NCBI GenBank assembly: GCA_946965045.2
Contig: OX337232.1
Location: forward strand, 1,550,001-1,614,000
DNA: 64,000 bases
Source of the DNA: Epithemia pelagica
Lineage: Eukaryota > Protista > Bacillariophyta
Direction: 5' to 3'
Below, one piece after another: positions 21,123-33,700 of this stretch. A program made the position numbers and the translations under genes. The notes under the pieces are model-generated. The model was not told where the DNA came from. It saw nothing but the letters and a program-made list of their open reading frames with translations, and searched no databases. How positions within the stretch are numbered: position 1 is the stretch's first letter; every line of letters starts with the position of its first letter.

Positions 21123-22733
21123 ATGAAGGTTCAATTGTCGATTGGCGCTCGTGGTGTCCCCTCGGACGATGCTTCGTACTTCGCAAAGGTCTCTGCACAA
21201 GGAGATGGTGCAGTAGTACTGGGTCAGACACTGCCACGCACCGGCAATGGTACCTTTTCGGACCTCATCTTGTTGGACGACGACGCTGTGGAGGTGACGG
21301 TAGGCATTTACAATGCTGCCGATGAAACATTGATGGGCCAACAGTCGTTTCCTGTTCAGACCATTTTAAACTCGTATACTCATGCCACGGCCAAGCCAGC
21401 GCAAGAGAGCACAACGGACGACTCGTTGATCATTGCCTTGCATGTAACGGAACAGACCAATGGTCAGTTGCGTGTGATTCTGCAAGGACATGGTTTGCCC
21501 AATACTGATTTTGGACTGTTTGGAAAGCAAAAGACGGATCCCATTTACGAAATCTACAATCATTTGGGTACCAAGTTGGCTCGCTCCAACAAGGTGGAAG
21601 ACAATCTCGATCCTGTTTGGAACGAACAAAGCTTTGACTTGGAAGAACTCTGTGGCAACAGCTTGACCGCACCCTTGCGGCTGACGGTCTACGACCGCGA
21701 CAAGGGCGACTCGGTCGAATATTTGGGCACGGTTACCTGGTCGGTGCAGCAAATGGTACAAGAACCGAGCACCAAGGTTCCCCTGTTGCGTGGTGGGGAG
21801 CGTGTGGGGGAGGCCACACTTTCCGTCCAATCAGCGGAACTCTTGCCCGTCACCAAGGTGCCGCGATCGGCTGCGACCGCCTTGGATGCGGCCCTCTCCG
21901 CTCTGGCTGGTTTGGAACAGCTCAAGGAACAAGCCGCCGCACAGAAAGAAGCGGCCGACGCGGCCAAACTGCAAGCCGACGAAGCGCGTCAACAGGCCAC
22001 CTCCAAGCAACAAGCTGCGGATACGGTTGCTCAAGCACAATTGAAACTGCAAACCAAGTTTTCTCAGTTGGCCCAAGAAGCGACCAAAGTCGCCGAAACC
22101 GCCAAAACACGGGAGTATGCCGGCATGTTGCACTTGGTCCTGGCGGCCCAGGATTTGGCCGACGTCGACTTTGGCATTCGTAATAAATCAGATCCCATCT
22201 ATGAAATCTTTGTACTGGATGGCAATACTCGATTGATTCGAAGCAACAAGGTCGACAACAATCTCAACCCTGTTTGGGATCCGCAAACTCTGGATTTGGC
22301 CCAGGTTCAAAGCTTGGACACACCGCTCAAAGTTGTTGTCAGTGACCGTGATGGCAAAGACAAGCAACAAATGTTGGGCTCGATTGAGACAAGCATCCAA
22401 AAGTTGGTGGACTCGAAAAAGGAGGGAAACTCCTTCATTATGCCCCTCGTAGAGCAACCTCGTCCGGACCGCGACTCTGGTAGACTTGTCGTGCAAGAGG
22501 CAACGTTGATCGATTTTGAAAATTTGAAGGAAAAGGCCCAAACGTTGCGGGTCGAATGTGAAGCAGTTCAAGCGGAATTGGATGAAGCTACCAAATCTTT
22601 TGGTGATGCACAAAAGGAAGCAGAGGAGACCAGTCAAATTGCAGCACAGGCGGCAGAGTCTGCCGCAAAAGCCATGGAACGAGCCAAGGCAGCACAAATG
22701 GCAGTGGAAACTGCCGAAGCCTCCATTGAATAG
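21123..22733 (+). CDS. Protein with two copine-type C2 domains and coiled coils
   Basis: Two repeats of D..G....DPIYE....RSNKV..NL.PVW...D.D, separated and followed by A/Q/E/K-rich coiled coil. Confidence 0.85.
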   Translation: MKVQLSIGARGVPSDDASYFAKVSAQGDGAVVLGQTLPRTGNGTFSDLILLDDDAVEVTVGIYNAADETLMGQQSFPVQTILNSYTHATAKPAQESTTDDSLIIALHVTEQTNGQLRVILQGHGLPNTDFGLFGKQKTDPIYEIYNHLGTKLARSNKVEDNLDPVWNEQSFDLEELCGNSLTAPLRLTVYDRDKGDSVEYLGTVTWSVQQMVQEPSTKVPLLRGGERVGEATLSVQSAELLPVTKVPRSAATALDAALSALAGLEQLKEQAAAQKEAADAAKLQADEARQQATSKQQAADTVAQAQLKLQTKFSQLAQEATKVAETAKTREYAGMLHLVLAAQDLADVDFGIRNKSDPIYEIFVLDGNTRLIRSNKVDNNLNPVWDPQTLDLAQVQSLDTPLKVVVSDRDGKDKQQMLGSIETSIQKLVDSKKEGNSFIMPLVEQPRPDRDSGRLVVQEATLIDFENLKEKAQTLRVECEAVQAELDEATKSFGDAQKEAEETSQIAAQAAESAAKAMERAKAAQMAVETAEASIE

Positions 22734-23019
22734 AAGACAAATGATATGGGCACGAACGTCCTCTGCTTCCAACAAAAGAACATGAAATACAAGAGAGATA
22801 GATATACATATTACAGAACATTTCCAATACCGGTAAATGACTAGGTAGACCGCTGCAAAGCGTCGTAGAGATAGTCTGTGAAGTTTCTTTACAGGGTTTC
22901 GTCTTCCGACGCATAATAGCTTTGTTGGCGTCTGACGGGAGAGGAGTGGCTCGCCGAACGCGCCACTCAACGAATTCTAAAGATATCGCGGGAGGGCAGA
23001 ACACTGTTGTCGACAAAAT

Positions 23020-24243
23020 TTAGGTATCAACAAGCGAACTGTTTCTTGCTAATATTTGTTTTGTCTCAGAAGCCTTCAATCTCTCGAGCCACACAGTGCG
23101 GATGTCATCGTGCGAAGGAAATGCAGAACTGTTGCATCGCACGTACCTTGTTCCATCAACCATTAGAAACGGAAACGAGCGACCCCGTTGTACGCCTATT
23201 TTTGCGTACATTGTTATCCACTGCCTCAATACAGGGTCATGCAGTATCGTTTCTAGATACAGAGCATGTGCATTCTTGTCGTTTGTCAAGTACATTTTGT
23301 TCTCGCATAGTAGGAAAGGATATACATCGTGCTGTTGTTTTTGCTCGAGACTTTGATGTCGTCCAATAGCACGGTCATGATGGACAAACTCGAAAAAACC
23401 TTCTACCACCCCAGGCCAAGGTGGATTGAACCAATCGTCTAAAACAACAATTCCTCCCTGTAATAAATTACAGAAAGCCAGCCGAAGATCATTTCGCGTT
23501 GTCTCTGCTGTATGGCCACCATCGACACTCCACAAACGTAAGCCAGGGCTCTCATCGATCCAAGAAAAACCTTCCACATCTAAGTCAAGAGATGATGCTA
23601 CACTTATTTTCACGTCAGATGTGTTCAACCCATAGAGATGCAGTCCTTTCGCAAAAGCCCTCAAACTCCCCATGCCGGACATATCAACATTGGCATCCTG
23701 CAGAGGTTCAAACAAATCGACCGCCATTAATGTTTCAGTTTCCCGTGCTGTCATGTAGAGGAAGCTAGTAAAGCGACCATGATGAACGCCGATTTCACCA
23801 ACGGTACCAAACAGTCCCAATGTGGTGTGTTGCACTTGACTAAGCGTCTCAAGGAAAACACCGGTCGCTTCAAGTTTCCCACTCCCCCTTGCGATTTGTT
23901 CATGTTTGGAGTTTCGCACAAAGTCATATCGATATTCATGCGTTACTTTCGTTTTGCTGGATTCCTCTGCCATTCGATGGCGCCGACGACGGGAACAAGT
24001 ATAGGGCCTCGTGCTCCCAGGTGACTCCGAAACTGCGCGAAGTTGTTCCTGCCCCGATGAAACCTTCTGCAGTCTGGTTACTCGCTGATCATTAGATACA
24101 AAGAGAAACGGAAATGCTATCAAAAGTCCACAGACAGTGTAGATACATCTTAATAGGATCCGATGGCGCTTCAGAACAAACTTTCGTGTTGATTGTGCTT
24201 GATGCTTTGTCAACAAAGGCACAAAATTTTGCATATTTTCCAC
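23020..24243 (-). CDS. Class I SAM-dependent methyltransferase (Methyltransf_24-like) with N-terminal membrane anchor
   Basis: GEIGVHHGRF motif I; AVDLF; SVDGGHT...NDL.LA...L..GGIVVLDDW; N-terminal TM segment. Confidence 0.8.
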   Translation of the reverse strand: MENMQNFVPLLTKHQAQSTRKFVLKRHRILLRCIYTVCGLLIAFPFLFVSNDQRVTRLQKVSSGQEQLRAVSESPGSTRPYTCSRRRRHRMAEESSKTKVTHEYRYDFVRNSKHEQIARGSGKLEATGVFLETLSQVQHTTLGLFGTVGEIGVHHGRFTSFLYMTARETETLMAVDLFEPLQDANVDMSGMGSLRAFAKGLHLYGLNTSDVKISVASSLDLDVEGFSWIDESPGLRLWSVDGGHTAETTRNDLRLAFCNLLQGGIVVLDDWFNPPWPGVVEGFFEFVHHDRAIGRHQSLEQKQQHDVYPFLLCENKMYLTNDKNAHALYLETILHDPVLRQWITMYAKIGVQRGRSFPFLMVDGTRYVRCNSSAFPSHDDIRTVWLERLKASETKQILARNSSLVDT

Positions 24244-24654
24244 CTACTGGTTCGAAATAGGTCTGGGATTCCTCACTTTCAACTTCTTCAGAGAAACAGG
24301 AAGACACACTTGCGGGTGGAGTGTTTGTTGTCGAGTTCACCGAAGTAATCTTGGAATTGTTGAAATGCAATCGAAAATTGCTCTCGCCACACAACAGCGT
24401 GACAAAAATGTGAGAGGGAACGGACCGACCGTCGCGCAATACGCATGTCCATTTTTCCATGCACGCGCGATACAGGTTGGCATTTGCTTGCAAATTCGCT
24501 TATGGATCGCTTCTGAGACGCAGAAATATGGCGTCCGGCAGCCAATCGAGAGCGTTGTATTTTACAATGGGGGAATGAGGACCCTCGCCGTGATATCGAC
24601 TCCCAATGCAGTCAACATTCTGGCGAAAGGTAGAACAAGGAGGCATCTAACAAG

Positions 24655-25217
24655 ATGCGGCTAATGACTCATAACACGCTTACGAACAATTCAGCGGATG
24701 CGAAAGGGAAAGGTTTCCCACTCCGAATCACCGCCTCTGTTGTCAAAGTAGATGAGAACGTTGCAGAGAGTGAGGAACGACAGATATCATTTGTCAAAGG
24801 AATACTTCCTACACTTGAATGGGATGCCCTGGTTCACGTACGTATGAAGTCAGCCTTATGTGAAATATGAGGTGACGGGAGTTACTCGGTGCATTGTTCT
24901 CGCTTTTGTTCTCCCGAGTTCTTGTTATCTGTCTCCTTTCTACATACTTTCTCTCCCTAGTTAACATTATGATTTGCATCCCTTTCTTTTCTCGATAGGC
25001 TGCCATGGAAATGGGTATTTCTACACTTCCTTCTGTGTTGACTTCTGACTTGGCTGAAAATGCTGACTTTTGCAAAGCCTTGTATCACATATTAATGCAT
25101 GTTCACTTGATCCAGGGTATGCTTACCTGCCCTGCCACTGGACGTGAATTTCCAGTTCAAGATGGGATTCCCAACATGATGATTGATGAAACAGAGGCCG
25201 AAGCCGTTCGGTTTTGA
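24655..25217 (+). CDS. TRM112: Methyltransferase activator TRM112 (exons 24655-24837, 24999-25217)
   Basis: MRLMTHNTL start; HVHLIQGMLTCPATGREFPVQDGIPNM C-terminus; phase-0 intron 24838-24998 (GTACGT...TAG). Confidence 0.93.
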
Positions 25218-25403
25218 GGGGAGCAATGGTTCTGCTTTTGAACACAATCAACCTCTCCAGTGAGAAGTTGGAGTACACGAAGAGGAAAGTCACGAAGACA
25301 GTCCAGCCATTCTCTGGATCTACTAGATGTGCTATATAATGCAACCAAAAAGAATACTCCTAATAAGAATCACAGGGCCTCTCCATTACTAACAGTTCCC
25401 ACC

Positions 25404-26062
25404 TCAACACTTCTCTTCGATAAGACCAGCTTTGATGTAGATGAATTTCGGGTTGACATCCTCGTAATAAGCAAAAGCCATGCTTCCTTCGGGATCCATA
25501 GCGGGCGTGGTGAAGAACTGCAAATCGTCGTATTTTGAAAGAAGATATTTACAGAAGCCTGGGGCGGACTGCGTGAAAGCCTTGACTTCCGGACCGGTCA
25601 CTTTGTCGTCGTCCTTCAACTTCTGACGTAAAGCTTTACAATAGCTCTGTAGAAAATCCTTCAAGTCTTTCTTACCATAAGGCACCTCCTGGTAAGCAAA
25701 GCCAATTTGGTCATCAATCACGTTATTAACCAATTCGACTGTGTCGTCAACAGCCTCGTCTTCTCCACCACCTCCGAAATGGCTACCACCACCGACATCA
25801 ACAGATGCTCCAGAATCCTATCAAATAGAATATTTCATTAAATCATGAGGTTGACAACCCAAACAATCGCAACCAGGACACCCAGGGGACTGGAAAGTGG
25901 AAAGATGCAATCATGGCCGGACGAACGTACCTTGTTCACTTTCATGGACTGAATTTCGATGAGGCCTTCGACCTCGTTTCCATCAGCATCCTTCACCGGT
26001 ACCGGCTTGAAGGCATCCGACAACATTTCATCGCCAGTGAAACGACACTTGTAAATAATCAT
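25404..26062 (-). CDS. TCTP: Translationally controlled tumour protein (exons 26062-25931, 25817-25404)
   Basis: MIIYKCRFTGDEMLSD start; YLKSYCK-like FLQSYCK; SMAFAYY..KAGLIEEKC end; intron 25818-25930. Confidence 0.95.
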
Positions 26063-26518
26063 TTTCTCGGGAGGTCTTCAGTCCTTGATAGTTTCGAAGC
26101 TGCACACAAATGACACGAACAGTTGAGGATGTCGGACCACCACGGGCAGCAAACCCCATGCAAGTTGCCAAGATTCGCCCATAGGATCTATGACTGAAAA
26201 TAATGAAAAATAGCGATGGGGTGTGAAGATAGGTTATGAGCGTCATCCTCCATGGTCAAAGTCGTACGCACAAACTTCTGTACCGATTTTCCTTCCCATT
26301 CCCTTATCCCCCAGCGAGGGTAAGTCATGAGGATTAGTGATTCGATGGTGTGCAAAGTCACCACAACAAAACCACGACACACACGCGACCTCATTTCTCA
26401 TCCCCGCTGGGGAATAACCATTCCAATTGTGCGGGACTCTTTTTCGTGACCACAACTGATACAAGTACCATGAGCTTTCACAAATGGATCGCTAATTGAT
26501 TATTAAGGCGTTGACCTA

Positions 26519-26953
26519 TTGGAAGAAGTCAACATCTCGGCGGGCAACAGTACGGATGCTCCTCTTGTACGGTGGAGGAATTTAGTTCGGGAAATGCGGG
26601 GCTCTTCGCAACCAAGGATTGAACTGTCAACCGTGAAGCACGATTTGAACTGGGAAACTGAAAAGGTTGCAAAGGGACACTTCGATTTAAATACATTGTG
26701 TCGACCGGATCCTTTCCTCCTTGCGATGAAAGGAGCCGTCAATTTCTCTTCTGTCCATGACGTGCGTCTCTTAGGAGACATGAACTTCTGGAGCTGTGTC
26801 TCACAAAAAATCGTGCGTCCGATACCATTTTCCATTCTACAGCTAGAGCGTATGCAATATAGATCCGTTTTCTCGCACCGTGCGACTTTGAAGTATCTTT
26901 TCAATCGTATGATCCACTGCCCCATCTGCTTTCAATCAGGTTTCGTCGACTGA
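26519..26953 (+). CDS. Hypothetical ORF, possibly a gene fragment
   Basis: 144 open codons with a TTG start and no recognised domain. Confidence 0.25.
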   Translation: MEEVNISAGNSTDAPLVRWRNLVREMRGSSQPRIELSTVKHDLNWETEKVAKGHFDLNTLCRPDPFLLAMKGAVNFSSVHDVRLLGDMNFWSCVSQKIVRPIPFSILQLERMQYRSVFSHRATLKYLFNRMIHCPICFQSGFVD

Positions 26954-27733
26954 GTTCCTGAAGTTTAGTGGTGTTGGAATTCATGGATAAATATGGTGCC
27001 AGCATAACCCGCTATTCATCACATTTCGTGTGGTCTCTTCAAACCATCATATTAATGTTGAGTATGAGACCATTCCAGTTGAGTTCAATTGGGTAATTGA
27101 AAGCACTGACACTGAAATGACTTCTATGTGTGTGACCAGTGTCAATTGTTGGGAAAATGAGATGGATCGAGCGTTTGAGTTGACATTACGCTGAGGCTCA
27201 CTCAGTGGAGAAGAAAAGAGAGAAGCGAAACGTCGGTAAACATTGTGTTTAAAAAATCTGTACTGCAACACAGACCTAGAAAAGATTGGGCTTCCCTGGA
27301 GGGAAACTCAACATGCCATTTGCTGTGTGACACAACATCTTTGTTCAGGGGAAAGGATCACCATCGTGCGCAAGGTTGAATCGAACAACTTGGCCGTCAA
27401 GCCACCACAGGTTTGAAGCCTGCGCCCAGCACCAGCCAGGATCATGCGCACCTCATATTCAATGATCCACCGATGCCAAGCCCATAGATCGCAAAACCCA
27501 GATGCTTCAACTATGAACAACAAGTATGGAGAAAGAAATAAAAGGGATTAGAATACAGCTCCTCTGATTCACTTTGTGTTGGTAGTTTGGCCTTTGGTTC
27601 GTATTACCTGTTATCAGCGTTATACAGTTTCTGCTCCGACCGCCAGAACTGCGCGGGGAGAAGAAATTTTTCTACGTAGTTTCTACAGGAGAACCACCGT
27701 ACGAGCGCAGTCCGCGGACGCCGAAAATCGGCC

Positions 27734-30700
27734 ATGTCGATCCGACAGCCATTGCTGCCGGATGTGGTCGAAAGGCTCAAATCGCTCGACTCTTATCTCT
27801 TGGAAAAGTCTCCCAAAGATGTAGCAGATGTATATGTCGCTGCAGTTGCTTTCATGGTCAAAATAAAGCAAGATCAGGCGACAATCCTTGACATCCAAAG
27901 GTGAGCATCTACGCTTAGGGTTGGGGTTCATTTTGAGAATCATACGTTTTCTATGTATGCTATCCCTCTCGGTCGACGTGCTACTGACAATGGCGACTTT
28001 TTTTAATTCATTTCTTTAATACCTTTGCTAGAAACAATACCAAGCCAGCTACGTACCCGCCCCCGGATGCCATCCCTGCAATAACATGCGTTCTTACTGA
28101 TTCGAGGCTGTTTTCGGCGTTCCTAAATTGTTTGAGGCTTGGTCACCCCGCTCTTTCTCCAAGTTCAGCAGAAGTTGCTCCAAATGGAAGAAAACGTAGT
28201 CTGTCGCTGACAAAAGGAGAACTATCAACGCAAGCTAAGTCATTCAAATCTTCGCACTCCTCCCCTGTTCCAAGTCGGAAGACTTCCGTTCTGGTGGATC
28301 TTAAAACACAACAGAAGCCGTCTTTCCAACTTCCAGTGCTTGCGGCGGCAATCCTTTCCGTGTCATTCGCTCATCTTGATCATTGGCCAACACCATTGAT
28401 CGATGCTTATGTATCCGATTGCTTTGGTTCGCGTTTATGGGTCGACCAAGAACCATGCCACATCCTGGTAAAAAACCTCAGCTTTACCCATAACAGGACA
28501 ACTTCAGATACTACAACAGAAGCGCCGGACTCTACTTTCCTCGAAAATGCTTCATTGGTGGCGTCGAGATATCGCAACTTCAAACTCTGTGCAGCGTCCA
28601 GTGACACGATTGAAGATTATAAAGGTGCAACATTTGAGGCTAGATCCGTGCAAAAGATGGAGCGCACTCTCTCGGTCGAAACTGTGGATTCTGGGGTTAG
28701 AGACCAGGTTCCATACGAGAGAGATTGGGAGATGGATTACAAGGACGATCAAAATGAGCAGAATTTGCTGAGTATCTCATCGCCCCGAAAATTGTCCAAG
28801 AAAAGAAAAAGTAGAGGAGATGACTCTTCGTCCTCCGGTGGAGAGGATGAAGAAGATATTGCCCTTTCTGGAGATGACGAAGGTTCAGAAGGGTCGAAAA
28901 GACCGAGAATCCGACGGAAAATGAGTTCAAGAGGGACCCCTGTTGAGACAAAGGAAGAAGAGTCTCATTATCCCGTGCAACAGAAAACATTGAATCTTCA
29001 GCTTGTTCGTCAAAGGTACTTCGGAGATAACTTACAGGCTTCGCACGAAGTTATTCATCGAGCCCTACTGGAGAGATTGGAGCAAAAATCGAAGCAAAAC
29101 TCGGGACTACTGCAGACTTTACCCCATTTCATGGGGGTACCCTCTGTGAGGGCTCTCGTGGCCGAGTATCTCTCTCGATGGCTCCAATCGCCTGCTCTTG
29201 CAGGCTTGGCGCGGAAACTGTTCTCCGAACTAGTTGACAACATGCAGAATGTCGACCCGCCTCTTGTGGAAGATATCCGGGCAATTGACTTTATACTTTC
29301 AATGAAGCTAAAGGCAAACCAGTTTGCGGCCCATATGGAGAATGTCACTGCGGTGGCCTCGAGAATACCCTCTCTGGGCATGGCACAACACATTTATACT
29401 ACACTGCTAAGGGATTCAATTTCATCTGGTGTTGAACCGCCACAAAGCGGGATTGGCGATCCTTTAACAATGGTTTGTGGAGTCCACAAGGCCCTTCCTA
29501 CAGCGATTTCCTACTGTGCCCTTGCCTCTTCGCTTTTGATCTTACTTGTAGGGGATTCTCTCGACGGGAAAGCTGAGAAAATCGGGAGAGAAGGGTTGGT
29601 TTACAAACTTCGTCGTATTATTCGAACTCTTTCGATGTCATTGGGGATATCTTTTGACGCTATGCGACTAATGGAAGCTTTCTTGGCCCTTGAGTTCGAT
29701 AAGGAGTCAAGGGGAGTTGCAAATGAAGAGGACAAAGCCCGGTTAATGTTTCAATGTGTCACTCTACATGTCTCCGCTTCGTCAGCAGGCGTGCTTAAAT
29801 CAACAAGAGATATGGATGAAACCCAGAGACACGACACCACAAGAAAATTGCTTCACAAAGCAAGAAAGTCTCTTCTTAGTTGGTGTTGCTCGGACTATGG
29901 GCCAAGATGGTACTCGTCTAGGAAACGAAAACTAGAGAAAGATGATGAATTGGCGTCTGGGGCAGGTGTTCCGAACTATCGAAGCACGCTTGGACCGGAC
30001 TCAGGCGAGGAATCTATCCCGATCTGGCTAAATACTATGCGTTGTCTTCTCTTAATCGAGGAAGCAAACTCTGACCTGATGTCGCGGTTTCTCTCTCAAT
30101 CGAAGAAAAAGTGCGGTCAAGAAAATGCCGAAACAGAAAATACCGAAGTGGGTGAGCATGAGAGAATAAAAACTTGCTGTGCATATGGAGCTGATGTTGA
30201 CGACGATATGGTTCGAATAATCTTAAGGGAGAATGGCAAGTATGCAGGAAGTCTGCCGTCAGAAATGGCAGTACAACTGTTGGAACATCTATTTGAATCT
30301 TGTGGTAGGTCAAGTGGCACTTCCCTACGAGTTTCCGATCCCGATCTTGTATGGGACTTGTACAAGTTAGCCCAGTATATTCCACCGGATAATTTGCTCG
30401 CCAGAACACAGGTCAAGGGACTGTCCTTCGGTGAAGAAAATGATTCGTTGCCAAGACTGGCATTGCCTGGTCTGTGGTGGAGAGTCACGATCCTTGGACT
30501 TGTGATGTGCGGAGCATCACCCGATAAGATCGGGAATGCTGTTTGGAGAGACCATCCAACACTGCACTCCCTCATGAAAATGATAACGGCATCTCGGTAT
30601 CGGTTTCCAACTGTTGATTGTGATGAAACGGGCAAGGAGCAGATGAAAAGCTGGGAGCACGAGTTCCGTGAGCGTGAGAATATAATTGCTGAGGCTTTGT

Positions 30701-33700
30701 TTTTGCCAGACAAACAATTGAAAGAGACAAAAAATGGCAAGAGCACAGGTTATCGAGTATCTCGACGTCTTCTGAAACGGCAGGAAGAGAAAGAAGCCGC
30801 GGCAGCATTGGCGGAAAGCTTGAAGCGCAAAAAGATGTTGAAATTTGCCCAAAAATCCATCATGCTTTGGGATCCGGATGGACATGCAAGGAAGCCACCT
30901 AGAGAGGCTGTTGAACTGCTTCGTTCAGTTGAAAAACTATTTAACCTCTCCTCTGCATTCCAAAGATGCACCACGCCGGACTTCATTCTCTGGACAATTG
31001 GAGAAACTTCTCGAGGGGCCATCGAGCGGGCGTATGATTGGCTGATTCCAATCATTTCCGCAATTCCTGAACTTATTTCACGCCTTCCCTCGAGTGCATC
31101 GTGCTTTCTTCTTCTCAGAGCGTATGGTTCCGACACAGGTGATGGATCACAATTAAAGAAGCTCTCTGCGCCACTCTTGAGCCATGTAAAAGAGTCCTTA
31201 CGAGGGGAGTACGGCGAAAAAGACTGCATTCATGCGTTTGAACTCTTGATGTCAGATGCGGCAAGCCACAACGCTGATCGACGCATGAGTGCTCGTCGCG
31301 TTCTGCAGGATGCCCTGGGTTCCCTTAGCGGTCCATCCGAGTCCTCGTCGTCCTCGTCCTCCTGGATGCGCAACGTGCTCCTAGTTAGTCATGCAAAATC
31401 TCTTATTCCGAGTGCAATCAAACACATGTCCAAGGCCGCAACGTACGAGAGAGGAAAAGTGTTAAAATCTCTTATTTTTGCGTTAAGGGATCACCTATCA
31501 TTCGCGGAGGATGCGTCCATTGAGACATCGATACCTTTCCCTATCTTCTTGGCGCGATTGATGTCGCAGCGTCCGAGTGTGTATGCAGAGGCTATTGACA
31601 GATTTGCGGATCTTCAAGAGCTCACAGTTAACGTTTTGCACGCGGAGATTTCAAGACTAGCCTCTGATTCGACCCAGAGTGAACGAGAGGGTGCTCATGC
31701 AAGAATATGGCTTGAATTTAATGGGACGAAGAATGACGCTCTTGTGTCGCTCGATCTTCTCCAATCATGTTGTATTCTGTTGAGTGTTTGGCGCGAAAAG
31801 CCAACCGATAATCCGAATTCCCTAGGTGTCGATATTAAGAAATGTTCGGAAGCCGTCAAAGACATGACGGGAGCTCTCCTTAAGCCGAGTAGCGACATGT
31901 CGGGTGACGTAACATGGGGGCTAGCGGGAGCGACAAATAGTGCAACGAGTGAGATTGCTGTGTCCGTTGAGTCGGTAAGTGAAAATGCTCTCTTTCATCT
32001 GTTGCTCCAGCAAGAATGCTCACGTTTGGTCGGATGATAAGTGGATAATGCTGTGTAAGGCACCCGATGACTTGATTGGAAAGAAGGCGGCGCTAGCCGC
32101 ACCCGAGGAATTTCTTGCGAGGTTGTTGATGTCATCGGGGCTTCCGCAAGCGGCTATGATGGCCATGGTCGATCGGTTAGGGAAACTGGGAGAAACGACG
32201 GACGATAAGGATAAACTATATAGGAAGCTGATGCTACCGTCAGCCTCAAGTGAATGGGATCTGGGACGTATTGGGAAGCAGCGTGATATAATCCAGAAGC
32301 TGTTGGGACGGATGTCGGCCTACTTCCGTACGTGGGATCTCGATGAGTCCTTGTCGACTTCCTTCTTAAACTGGCTTGAGCGAGAAGCCAGATATGAGCA
32401 GAAACCAAAAAAGAGCAGCAAGAGAAAAGCCGCACCTTTCCGAGGAAACTATACAGCGTCACTCCGTTCCATCTCAAGGAGTTTTGATACAATTAAGGGG
32501 CCAATCTTGTCTGAAAAGAAGACAGGTAAAAATGAAAGCGAACCCGTGTCTGAGGTATCGTTCTTTGCTGCTAGAACAGAGGAGGAACAGGAAAATACGA
32601 TGGATTTGTCTTTATTGATTACATCCCAACTAAAAGACAAAAACTGTGAAATCCTTGATGGTCTTATTCTCAAACGTGCTTTAAGTAATGAAACCAAAGG
32701 TGATGTTGCTATCTCTCTCTTGCAGGCAGTACAGGATGTTTCACTTGCTCCTGGATGGATGGCTGACTCGTTGTTGAAGTGGGTTCCTTTTCTTTGCAAT
32801 GATGATTGTCCGTCGTCTTTAAAAGAAATTCTCTTCAGGACTTCTGAGAACCAAGCGATCCCCCGTCACGTGTTCGTTGGGATTATAAGGAAGTGTATAC
32901 TGACATGGACGATGGAGACAACGTTGGACTGCCTAGACTGGATTCTATCCCTTGAAGAGAAGCGGGTGTCTGAAGTTTCCAGCCCTCAGACTGTTTTCTT
33001 TCTCATGAGCTCTTTGGAAAACAGACCAACGAGGCTGTCAGAACAAGAATCGAAAATCGTTGGAAGAATTGCGCTGAACGGAGTTGACAGTGAAAGTTTC
33101 GACTCCATTTCGGCGAGTAAACGAAATCATCTGCCCAACCCGATCAGACTTCTGTTGAAGTTAGCTGAAGGTGGAAAGAAGCATTACCTTTTGGTTGGTG
33201 ACATGATCCTCGAGCGGATTGGACGAAAGCCTTCTCAACAAGTGCAAGATCTTTACTGCGCCGCCTTTCTTCGTCTATATCTACTTCACCCTCAATGGGC
33301 AAATACTGGGGCAGCTAAAGTACGAACGGTGCTCTTGAAATCAGCCGAGTCGTCGGAGGCATTCTGGCATTGCTGGGTATCAAAGATGGATGATCAACTT
33401 GATGACCTTCTTGAGTCGCTTGCTTTGGGTGACGTTCGAGTAATGAAGAGCTTGACGGAACAGTCACGAAAATATCCTCTTCTGATTTTACGAAAGTCCC
33501 GGGCTTTTGTGGGGATTTTAAAGGCAGATGCTTGTGCGTCACAGCCGAACGTGAGTACTTCGCCATGCAAAGTCAGAGGAAACAGAATCAGTCGTCCTGT
33601 CGAAGCTGTCATGGACGGTCGAAAAATTGTCTTGAACATCCGATACTGGGGGCTCGAGTTTTGCGAACCACTTTGGATGGGCGTTCTCGAAATATTTGGC

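Noticed and set aside
1-23000. Impression of higher GC and more poly-S/Q/T tracts in the first third of the window
   Set aside because: Not quantified and explainable by gene content; a sliding GC/GC3 plot would be needed.
23020-25217. TRM112 is head-to-head with a methyltransferase gene
   Set aside because: The methyltransferase is a membrane-anchored Methyltransf_24 type, not a known TRM112 partner class; adjacency is probably coincidental.
26991-27551. Frame with 187 codons and three internal stops, possibly continuing the 26519 ORF as a pseudogene
   Set aside because: Stop depletion is weak once six frames are considered, and there is no recognisable motif.
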